This document shows positions 1 through 6,723 of a DNA stretch of 32,000 nucleotides, piece after piece. Source of the stretch: an uncultured Lachnospiraceae bacterium (GTDB taxonomy: Bacteria; Bacillota; Clostridia; Lachnospirales; Lachnospiraceae); the NCBI GenBank assembly GCA_944384025.1, contig CALWRS010000011.1, forward strand, positions 19,538-51,537, given 5' to 3'. The translations under genes were made by a program, and so were the position numbers. Each line of letters starts with the position of its first letter. Positions within the stretch are counted from its first letter, which is position 1. The notes under the pieces are model-generated. The model worked only from the letters and a program-made list of their open reading frames with translations. It made no database searches and had not been told where the DNA came from.

Positions 1-221
1 AGGGGCAGATCTTTTCGATAGTCATTCGCGGCGATGTGTGTCCGGACGGGGAGATTAGTCTTTTGGATATGCTGTACATAAAGCGAAGCATTTTAGGCAT
101 CGTTACGCTTGATAAGCCGCAGCAGCTGGCAGCGGAAGTTCGGGTGGATGGAAACGAGGATGTTTTGGATATGCTTTACGTAAAGCGGCATATCCTTGGA
201 ATTAGTTTGATCACGCAATAA
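1..221 (+). CDS. 3' end of a dockerin-domain protein (partial; continues upstream of the window)
   Basis: The frame is open from nt 3. It contains two tandem EF-hand-like dockerin repeats, DVCPDGEISLLDMLYIKRSILG and RVDGNEDVLDMLYVKRHILG. TAA stop at 219-221. Confidence 0.7.
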   Translation, partial: GQIFSIVIRGDVCPDGEISLLDMLYIKRSILGIVTLDKPQQLAAEVRVDGNEDVLDMLYVKRHILGISLITQ

Positions 222-239
222 AAGAAAAGGAACCATTTG

Positions 240-1853
240 ATGAATCAGACAAAAGAAAAGTACAGAGTGTTTCGCGCAGGGGCAGCATCGTTTTTGTTTC
301 TATTGCTGCTGCTTGTGTGGACGGCCCCCGCGCTGGCCGCGCAAAGCGCTTCCATAAAAGTAACCTCCACAAGCTGCGAAAAGGGACAAAACGTCACGGT
401 TTCGGTTACCGTTTCGACGACGGTGGATATGGGAGCATACCAATATATACTTTCGTACGACACGTCCATGCTTCAGTACTTATCCGGCGACGCGGACCTT
501 GCTACTGCCGGAAAGCTTCAAATTATTAAGGGCGAGGCGAGCGGAACAAGCCAGACGCTTCGGTTTACTTTTAAAAGTCTTGCGGTCGGAAGCGCAAAGA
601 TTTCCGTTTCCGACTACATGGTCTGCCCTACGGATATCGCCTACGGCGATGTGTTCCCAACGAGCGTTTCCGCCGGAACGGTTACGATCAACGCGCCTTA
701 TCAGGCGTCTGCGAACGCAAATCTAAAGAGCCTCACCGTTGGGCAGGGGAAGCTTTCGCCGACATTTTCGAAAACCGTTTACGAGTACGCGCTGTCGGTA
801 GGCGGCGGGGTAGAGCGGATTACTGTTTCCGCATCGCCGGAAGACGCGAAGGCATCGGTAAAAGTAAGCGGAAATACAAACTTGAAGGTAGGCGAAAATA
901 CCGTAACCGTGAAGGTGACTGCGGAAGACGGAAAGACAACCAAAACGTACCGAATTACTGTAACCCGCGCAAAGCCGTCGCCAACACCGTCGCCAACGCC
1001 CACGCTGTCGCCGCTGCCAACGCCCACGCCGACCCCCGGCATTCTTGTAACGGTGGGAGAGCAAAAGCTGACGCTTTCGGGCGAAATTACGGTACCGGTT
1101 CCGGAAGGGTTTGAGGAGGCGACGCTTGAATACGAAAACGTCACGGTTCCGGCGCTTCGCAGCCTTTCCGGCGATCTGCTTTTGGTGCAGATGAGCGATG
1201 AAAAGCTTTACTTGTGGCGCGCCGCAGACAACACCTTTGTACGGTATCAGGTAATTGTCTCCGTACAGGCAAGCTACACGATTCTCCCGCTCCCGGCTCT
1301 GCAAAGCGCTCCGCAAGGGTATATAGAGACGAAAAAGACTATTGGCGGAGAAGAATTCTCGGTTTATGTTAACCGCGAAGACAGCGGCGTGTATCTGTTT
1401 TACGGGATGAACTGGGACGGGAGCAGCTCGTGGTATCGCTACGACAGCGAGGACGGGAGCGTGCAAAGATTTCTTTTAGAGAGCGAGTCGGACGAAGCGC
1501 CGACGCCTACAGTAGAGCCGTCTCCAACCGTAAGCCTTATGCCGACGCCTACAACTACGCCCACATTGCCGCCTTCCGGGCAGGAACTTGCGGCGCCGCC
1601 GGAGCAAGGGCAGCTGCCTTTGGAAGACTGGATTTTGCTTTCGGTTAGCGGCGTCTTGTTTTGCCTGACGCTTTTGTTCCTTTCGCTTTACTTGCATGAG
1701 CGCAATCGCCACGTAGAAAGCGTGGATACGGAAACGCTTGCGGAAGCGTCGGTTTCTGTTGCCGATCTGGAACTGGCGGCAGTTGCGGAAGAAAAGGCAG
1801 AGCCGGAAGAGGAGAAGCCGCAGGAGGTGACGCAGAGTGAATCGGAAAATTGA
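240..1853 (+). CDS. Membrane-anchored surface protein with a cohesin-like module and a cadherin-like beta-sandwich module
   Basis: Signal peptide ...FLFLLLLLVWTAPALA. Cohesin-like segment IKVTSTSCEKGQNVTVSVTVSTTVDMGAYQYILSYDTSMLQYLSG. Cadherin-like beta-sandwich signature ANLKSLTVGQGKLSPTFSKTVYEYALSV...GENTVTVKVTAEDGKTTKTYRITVTR. Two Pro/Thr/Ser linkers. C-terminal TM helix WILLSVSGVLFCLTLLFLSLYL followed by an acidic tail. ATG at 240 lies 9 nt after AAAGG; TTG at 237 is an alternative start. Confidence 0.75.
   Translation: MNQTKEKYRVFRAGAASFLFLLLLLVWTAPALAAQSASIKVTSTSCEKGQNVTVSVTVSTTVDMGAYQYILSYDTSMLQYLSGDADLATAGKLQIIKGEASGTSQTLRFTFKSLAVGSAKISVSDYMVCPTDIAYGDVFPTSVSAGTVTINAPYQASANANLKSLTVGQGKLSPTFSKTVYEYALSVGGGVERITVSASPEDAKASVKVSGNTNLKVGENTVTVKVTAEDGKTTKTYRITVTRAKPSPTPSPTPTLSPLPTPTPTPGILVTVGEQKLTLSGEITVPVPEGFEEATLEYENVTVPALRSLSGDLLLVQMSDEKLYLWRAADNTFVRYQVIVSVQASYTILPLPALQSAPQGYIETKKTIGGEEFSVYVNREDSGVYLFYGMNWDGSSSWYRYDSEDGSVQRFLLESESDEAPTPTVEPSPTVSLMPTPTTTPTLPPSGQELAAPPEQGQLPLEDWILLSVSGVLFCLTLLFLSLYLHERNRHVESVDTETLAEASVSVADLELAAVAEEKAEPEEEKPQEVTQSESEN
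975..1036 (+). repeat. Imperfect tandem codon repeats encoding a Pro/Ser/Thr linker (in-frame, coding)
   Basis: ccgtcgccaacaccgtcgccaacgcccacgctgtcgccgctgccaacgcccacgccgaccccc encodes PSPTPSPTPTLSPLPTPTPTP. A second PT-rich linker lies near 1495-1580. Confidence 0.6.
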
Positions 1854-2145
1854 CATGGAACGTTTGACGCAGCTTGCAGGGCTGCGTCTTTCGCAGGAAG
1901 AAAGGGCGCGCTTGCAAACGGATTTGGAGGAAATGGTTTCCTGCATCGAAAGCCTGACGCACATTCCGGAGGCGGAGCTTGCCGAAACAGCGCTGTCTGC
2001 TTATGCGCCATCCGACGCGCGGGAGTGGCTGCGCGCGGATGAGACAGAAGCGTCCCTGCCGCTAGAAGAGCTTTTGCAAAACGCTCCGCTTAGTGACGGC
2101 GCGTACTTTGTCGTTCCGCAAACGGTCGGCGAAGAAAAAGAATGA
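1837..2145 (+). CDS. gatC: Asp-tRNA(Asn)/Glu-tRNA(Gln) amidotransferase subunit C
   Basis: GatC-like N-terminus KIDMERLTQLAGLRLSQEERARLQTDLEEMV and a size of about 100 aa, directly upstream of gatA/gatB. AGGAGG lies 9 nt upstream of GTG 1837. ATG 1855 is the alternative start. The gene overlaps the end of the upstream CDS. Confidence 0.85.
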   Translation: MNRKIDMERLTQLAGLRLSQEERARLQTDLEEMVSCIESLTHIPEAELAETALSAYAPSDAREWLRADETEASLPLEELLQNAPLSDGAYFVVPQTVGEEKE

Positions 2146-2157
2146 GAGGGGAGTTTC

Positions 2158-3597
2158 ATGTGGCTGCGGGAGGAATTTGAACGAAATGTCGCGTGCTTGC
2201 AGGAGTGGGAAGAAAAGGTGCACAGCTTTGTTTTTCTTCGAACAAACGAGGCCCGAAAAGAAGCAATGCGCGAAGAAGAGCTGCTTGCGGAAGTTGGCGA
2301 AGAAGAAGCAAGGCGGCGCTGCCCGCTTCTTGGCATGACGCTTGCGGTAAAGGACAATCTTTGTATAAAAGGGATGCCTGCGACCTGCGGCTCGGCTGCG
2401 CTTAAAGACTATGTCCCGCCGTATACGGCAACAGCAGTGGAGCGCGCGCTCTTTGCCGGTGCGATCCTTATGGGAAAAACTAATATGGACGAGTTTGCAA
2501 TGGGCAGCAGCACGGAAACGTCGCACTGGGGAGCAACGCGCAATCCATGGGACTGCGGGAGAGTGCCGGGAGGCAGCTCCGGAGGAAGCGCAGCGGCCGT
2601 TGCGGCGGGGATGGCGCGGGCTGCGCTTGGGACGGACAGCGGCGGTTCGGTTCGGCAGCCTGCGGCGCTTTGCGGCGTGCTTGGGTTAAAGCCTACGTAC
2701 GGGACAATCAGCCGTTACGGCCTGATTGCTTATGCAAGCTCCTTTGACGAAGTCGGGATTTTAGCGCGAAATGCAAAGGACGCGGCCGCGCTTCTTTCGG
2801 TCATGCAGGGCTACGACGGAAAGGACGATACGCTGCGGCGAAAAACGCAGGATGCGCCGCCCTCTTTTGAAAAAGGCGTAAAGGGGCTTCGGATTGGCCT
2901 TTTGAAAATGGGGCAGGAGGAAGGCCTTAACGAAGAAGTCCGGGAATCGGTGCAGGCGGCAGCGCGTCGCTTTAAAGGGGCAGGCGCACAAGTGGAGACG
3001 GTGACGATTCCGCTTATAGAGCACGCACTTGCCGTTTATCATGTCCTCAGTTTTGCGCAGGCAAGCTCGAATCTGGCTCGTTATCACGGCGTTCTCTTTG
3101 GCGAGCGCGTGGCGCGCGGCGATTGGGAAGAGATGTACGAAGCGACAAGGGCGCAGTATTTGGGGACGGAAGTAAAGCGACGGATTTTGTTAGGAACGTT
3201 TGTCCTCTCAAGCGAAAACTTTTCTGTTTTTTACCGCCGTGCGCAAAGCGTGTGCGATGCGCTCCGGAAAAATTTTGCGCACGCACTGGAGCGCTTTGAC
3301 TTGCTGCTTGGGCCAACGTCGGCAACGACGGCGTGGAAGCTGGGGGAGCGGCTTTTAAATCCGAGGCAGATGTATTTGTCCGATTCTTACACGATTCCCG
3401 CAAACTTAGCGGGACTTCCCGCCGTTAGTATCCCTTGCGGCACAGACGCAAAGGGACTTCCGATAGGGATGCAGCTGATTGCTCCTGCGTATCGGGAGGA
3501 CTTGCTTTTTAGAGCGGCCCTTGCGTGGGAGGAGCTGAGCGGACAGGCACAGTATGGATTGCGACAAGGAAAAGAACGATGGAAAAATATGAAGTAG
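2158..3597 (+). CDS. gatA: Asp-tRNA(Asn)/Glu-tRNA(Gln) amidotransferase subunit A
   Basis: Amidase signature GGSSGGSAAAVAAG and DSGGSVRQPAALCGVLGLKPTYG. 479 aa, positioned between gatC and gatB. Confidence 0.95.
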   Translation: MWLREEFERNVACLQEWEEKVHSFVFLRTNEARKEAMREEELLAEVGEEEARRRCPLLGMTLAVKDNLCIKGMPATCGSAALKDYVPPYTATAVERALFAGAILMGKTNMDEFAMGSSTETSHWGATRNPWDCGRVPGGSSGGSAAAVAAGMARAALGTDSGGSVRQPAALCGVLGLKPTYGTISRYGLIAYASSFDEVGILARNAKDAAALLSVMQGYDGKDDTLRRKTQDAPPSFEKGVKGLRIGLLKMGQEEGLNEEVRESVQAAARRFKGAGAQVETVTIPLIEHALAVYHVLSFAQASSNLARYHGVLFGERVARGDWEEMYEATRAQYLGTEVKRRILLGTFVLSSENFSVFYRRAQSVCDALRKNFAHALERFDLLLGPTSATTAWKLGERLLNPRQMYLSDSYTIPANLAGLPAVSIPCGTDAKGLPIGMQLIAPAYREDLLFRAALAWEELSGQAQYGLRQGKERWKNMK

Positions 3598-5015
3598 TCA
3601 TTGGTCTGGAAGTGCATGTGGAACTGCGCACGCAGACAAAGATCTTTTGCGGCTGCGCCACCCGGTTTCAGGCGCCGGCGAACACGCTTTGCTGCCCGGT
3701 TTGCACAGGGCAGCCCGGCAGCCTGCCAAGGCTTAACCGCCGAGTTGTGGAGCACGGCATTGCCGCCGGGCTTGTGCTTGGCTGTAAGATTCAGGAACAA
3801 ACGCGCATGGACCGGAAGAATTACTTTTATCCGGATTTGCCAAAATCGTACCAGATATCGCAGCTTTACGCGCCGCTTGCTTACGACGGGGAGGTGCGCG
3901 TCCCTCAAACGAAGGAGACGGAAGCGTTTTCGGTGCGCATCCACGAAGTGCACATGGAGGAGGACGCCGGAAAGCTTATACACTGCGCACAGACAAAGAC
4001 ATCGCTTATTGACTATAACCGCTGCGGAATCCCGCTTCTGGAAATTGTAACGGAGCCGGATTTGCGAAGCGCGGTGCAGGTGGACGCGTTTTTAAGGCGG
4101 CTGCGGGATTTGCTTGTGTATGCGGGCGTCTCCGATTGCCGGATGCAGGAAGGCTCGATGCGTGTTGACGTCAATTTGTCGGTTCATCGGCCCGATACGC
4201 CGTACGGCACGCGCACGGAAATGAAGAACCTAAGCTCGCTTCGAAGCATCCGGCAGGCGATCACCGAGGAAGCAGGGCGGCAGATGAGCGTGCTTTGTGC
4301 GGGCGGTCTTGTGCGCCAGCAAACGCGCCGGTTTGACGAGGCAACGGGGAAAAGCGTGGCAATGCGTACGAAGGAAAATGCTGTGGAGTATCGGTACTTC
4401 CCGGAGCCGGACATTCCGCTTATTTGCATCCCGCCGGAGTGGGTCAAAAAAATACAAGAAGCGCTCCCAAAAAGCAGAGAAGAGCGCGTGAGCCATTACG
4501 GGCGGGAGTTGGGCTTAGGAGAATACGACGCATGGCAGCTGACGGAAGAAGTGGAGATTGCCGATTTCTTTGAGCGGACGGTAAGCTTTGGCGCGCCGCC
4601 AAAACTTGCAGCCGGATTTCTTTTGACGGAAGTTTTGCGCGTCGCAGGCGAAGGCGGAACGATCCCCGTCTCCCCTGCGGCGCTGGCGGAATTGCTTGGA
4701 ATGCTTTCGCAGGGAGAAATCAGCCGCACGACGGCGAAGGAAATATTTTCCCGAATGGTGACGGAGCAAATTTCGCCGAAAGAATACGTAAAGGCGCAGG
4801 GCGTCTTTCTTGTCTCTGACGAGGAAACGCTGCAAGCGGCGGTGGCGGAAGTTTTGCAGGTAAATCCTGCGGCCGTGCAGGATTATCGAAACGGAAAGCA
4901 AAAAGCGATTGGCTTTTTGGTTGGACAGACGATGAAAGCGCTGCAAGGAAGAGGAAAGGCAGACCGCATTCGCGAGCTCCTTACGGAGCGCTTAGGATGC
5001 GCAGGGATTCGGTAA
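3579..5015 (+). CDS. gatB: Asp-tRNA(Asn)/Glu-tRNA(Gln) amidotransferase subunit B
   Basis: MEKYEVVIGLEVHVELRTQTKIFC, NRCGIPLLEIVTEPD, and a C-terminal GatB/YqeY-type tail. ATG 3579 lies 8 nt after AAGGA and overlaps the gatA stop. The longer ORF from 3525 is rejected. Confidence 0.93.
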   Translation: MEKYEVVIGLEVHVELRTQTKIFCGCATRFQAPANTLCCPVCTGQPGSLPRLNRRVVEHGIAAGLVLGCKIQEQTRMDRKNYFYPDLPKSYQISQLYAPLAYDGEVRVPQTKETEAFSVRIHEVHMEEDAGKLIHCAQTKTSLIDYNRCGIPLLEIVTEPDLRSAVQVDAFLRRLRDLLVYAGVSDCRMQEGSMRVDVNLSVHRPDTPYGTRTEMKNLSSLRSIRQAITEEAGRQMSVLCAGGLVRQQTRRFDEATGKSVAMRTKENAVEYRYFPEPDIPLICIPPEWVKKIQEALPKSREERVSHYGRELGLGEYDAWQLTEEVEIADFFERTVSFGAPPKLAAGFLLTEVLRVAGEGGTIPVSPAALAELLGMLSQGEISRTTAKEIFSRMVTEQISPKEYVKAQGVFLVSDEETLQAAVAEVLQVNPAAVQDYRNGKQKAIGFLVGQTMKALQGRGKADRIRELLTERLGCAGIR

Positions 5016-5022
5016 GGAAAGT

Positions 5023-5072
5023 GTCAGCTAAAGCTGACCCGAATCCCGCGCCAAGACCCGCAAGCGGGTCTT
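5023..5072 (+). repeat. Bipartite hairpin-linker-hairpin element, copy A (3' UTR of gatB)
   Basis: GTCAGC-TAAA-GCTGAC, then CCGAATCCCGCGCC, then AAGACCCGC-AA-GCGGGTCTT. It matches 25350-25399 with stem-preserving substitutions. Confidence 0.7.
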
Positions 5073-5079
5073 GAAAAAC

Positions 5080-5111
5080 GAAGAAACCCCCGATAAAGCG
5101 GGGGTTTCTTC
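5080..5111. terminator. Hairpin at the convergent gatB / tRNA-Leu junction; likely an intrinsic terminator, best formed for the minus-strand tRNA transcript
   Basis: 12-bp stem GAAGAAACCCCC / GGGGGTTTCTTC. On the minus strand the stem is followed by GTTTTTC. On the + strand there is no clean U-run, only the U-rich 3' arm. Confidence 0.6.
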
Positions 5112-5138
5112 TGCATCATGTTATGTTTCCGGTATATA

Positions 5139-5221
5139 TGCGGACTACGGGACTTGAACCCGAACGCCCTAGGGGCACATGATCCTTAGTCATGCCTGTC
5201 TGCCAATTCCAGCAAGTCCGC
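5139..5221 (-). tRNA. Class II (long variable arm) tRNA-Leu; hand-folded anticodon AAG
   Basis: The reverse complement is GCGGACT TG CTG GAATTGGCAGA CAG G CATGA CTAAGGA TCATG TGCCCCTAGGGCG(T) TCGGG TTCAAGT CCCGT AGTCCGC A. It has a 7-bp acceptor stem, a Leu-type D loop, a 5-bp anticodon stem with loop C-U-A-A-G-G-A, a GCCC/GGGC variable arm and a TTCAAGT T loop. CCA is not encoded. Confidence 0.85.
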
Positions 5222-5247
5222 ATGCGATGTTTTTAACACGCCTCGTT

Positions 5248-5276
5248 ATTCTAGCATGAGACGCAGACTTTGTCAA
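5248..5276 (-). promoter_or_regulatory. Sigma-A type promoter for tRNA-Leu
   Basis: On the minus strand: TTGACA (5271-5276), a 17-nt spacer, TAGAAT (5248-5253). It lies about 25 nt upstream of the tRNA 5' end. Confidence 0.7.
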
Positions 5277-5296
5277 CAGGAAAAATAAAAAAAGAG

Positions 5297-5326
5297 TTGA
5301 CAAAAAGGGGGGGGTCATACTAGTAT
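5297..5326 (+). promoter_or_regulatory. Candidate promoter for the islet genes, with a G8 homopolymer in the spacer
   Basis: TTGACA (5297-5302), an 18-nt spacer containing GGGGGGGG (5307-5314), TAGTAT (5321-5326). It is divergent from the tRNA promoter. Confidence 0.5.
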
Positions 5327-5402
5327 GATGCAAACAGTGAAAGTTGAGTCGCATCAGCTTAACATGGATAGAAAACATGTGGGATAGGACATGGTGGGGG
5401 AA

Positions 5403-6022
5403 ATGAAAAGAAAAATAATCATAATTGTTACAGGAATCCTACTGCTTGCCGGGGCATTTGGTACGCGTATTCGCAGGATTGGTTTTACCGGGTGAGTAAG
5501 CAGCAGATCCGGTACATGTCGATCATTAACGCAGCAAACTCAATTGTTTGGTATTATGGGAGCCCCGAACAGGGCAGGGAAGTCACCATAAATTGCAAAA
5601 AGGTAGAAGAGTTTACGGAAGAGACTATTGGAGATAAGGAAAATCAACATGAGTATCACGCGATTGTAATTCTGGATTTTGATGGGAAGATGGATATCTC
5701 TGATGAAGAACTTCTGCTAATAAAGGACTATTGCGAGAATAGGCACTACGATTTGCTATACTACGGAACAGCACATATGGAGCAGTTCCGGAAAAATGGA
5801 TTTTTCTCGAAAATGGATTCTTCGGAACACGGTTTTACCTACAACGGTTCGTACTGGAAGCTGCGAAAAGGAGAGAAGGAATATCTGAATCCGTATCTTC
5901 TGACTGGAAATTGGACGGTTTACGAAACGCAGTCCTTTGACACCGAGGATGAGCACATCGTGTGGAAAATTGTTATTGATTTTATGGCTGACATGGTGGA
6001 GGAATCTATGAAGGAGTCGTAA
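5403..6022 (+). pseudogene. Hypothetical membrane-anchored protein, apparently frameshifted (TM segment and body lie in different frames)
   Basis: ATG 5403 encodes MKRKIIIIVTGILLLAGAFGTRIRRIGFTG, then TGA at 5493-5495. The 176-aa ORF (5492-6022, no family recognised) continues in another frame with no convincing RBS of its own. The alternative is two separate genes, the second starting at ATG 5516. Confidence 0.4.
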
Positions 6023-6060
6023 TTTGCGACTCCTTCCATTATTGTTTGGAGGGGGACTAG

Positions 6061-6712
6061 ATGTTAAGATTACAAAACATCACGAAGGTATACAAAGAGA
6101 ACGGAGTTGACAGTGTTACTGCACTGCAGGATATTAATCTGGTGCTTCCTAAAACCGGCTTGGTTGTCCTGACGGGAAGCAGCGGCTGCGGCAAAACGAC
6201 TCTGCTTAATATTTTAGGAGGACTTGATCGTCCTACTACAGGGGAGCTGTATCTTGATCGGATGCGAGTGGATGACAGGGAGGAAGCTTGGTGGGACGGA
6301 TTTCGCAGCACAACACTTGGCTTTTTGTTCCAAGATTTTAATTTGCTTGAGAATATGACAGTGCGGGAAAACATTCAGCTTCCGCTGTCGCTTTGCGGTT
6401 TGTCGGACGAGGCAAAGGAAGCCAAGGTTACGGCTGTTGCGAAGGAATTGGACATTCAGGAATATTTGGATAAAAAACCGACAAAATTAAGCGGAGGACA
6501 AAAACAGCGAAATTGTCTTTGATATGCTAAAAAAGATTGCAAAGGAGCGGCTGGTTGTTGTCGTGACGCACGACACGTCGCTTGCCGCTGTATATGCGGA
6601 CCGGCTCATTCAGCTTGCATACGGAACAATCGAAAGCGATCAGAAAAAGGACGTGCTGACTCGGAAGAAACAGAACTTGAGGCAAGCACCGGAAAGAGAA
6701 AGCTACCGTTAA
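6061..6712 (+). pseudogene. ABC transporter ATP-binding protein (MacB/LolD-like), internally deleted and frameshifted
   Basis: Walker A GSSGCGKTT, Q-loop LGFLFQDFNLL and signature LSGGQKQR are present, then TGA at 6520-6522. The next frame reads KNSEIVFDMLKKIAKERLVVVVTHD (post-D-loop segment and H-loop). The Walker B and D-loop segment that should lie between them is absent. Confidence 0.8.
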
Positions 6713-6723
6713 AGGAATGCCTG

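Noticed and set aside
975-1036. Short tandem repeats as a possible CRISPR or satellite array
   Set aside because: The repeats are in-frame Pro/Ser/Thr linker codons inside a well-supported CDS. There is no repeat-spacer organisation.
3525-3578. An earlier start for gatB
   Set aside because: The conserved GatB N-terminus begins at MEKYEVVIGLEVH (ATG 3579, with an RBS). The extension lies inside gatA.
5039-5052. The linker CCGAATCCCGCGCC as a tRNA T-arm/acceptor remnant marking an integration (att) site
   Set aside because: It resembles TTCGAATCC-type T loops, but the flanks cannot form a T stem or an acceptor stem. It does not match the adjacent tRNA-Leu 3' end, and no integrase is present. 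This remains unresolved rather than supported.
5023-5072. Whether the two-hairpin element is a guanidine-II (mini-ykkC) riboswitch or another known tandem-hairpin riboswitch
   Set aside because: Mini-ykkC hairpins carry conserved ACGR loops. The loops here are UAAA/AAAA and CAAG/CGAG. The genomic contexts (gatB 3' UTR, metG leader) also do not fit guanidine transporters.
5053-5072. The hairpin-2 module as an ordinary intrinsic terminator
   Set aside because: No U-run follows it on either strand in any of the three copies; GA follows on the + strand and G-rich sequence on the minus strand. Two copies lie upstream of the genes they would terminate.
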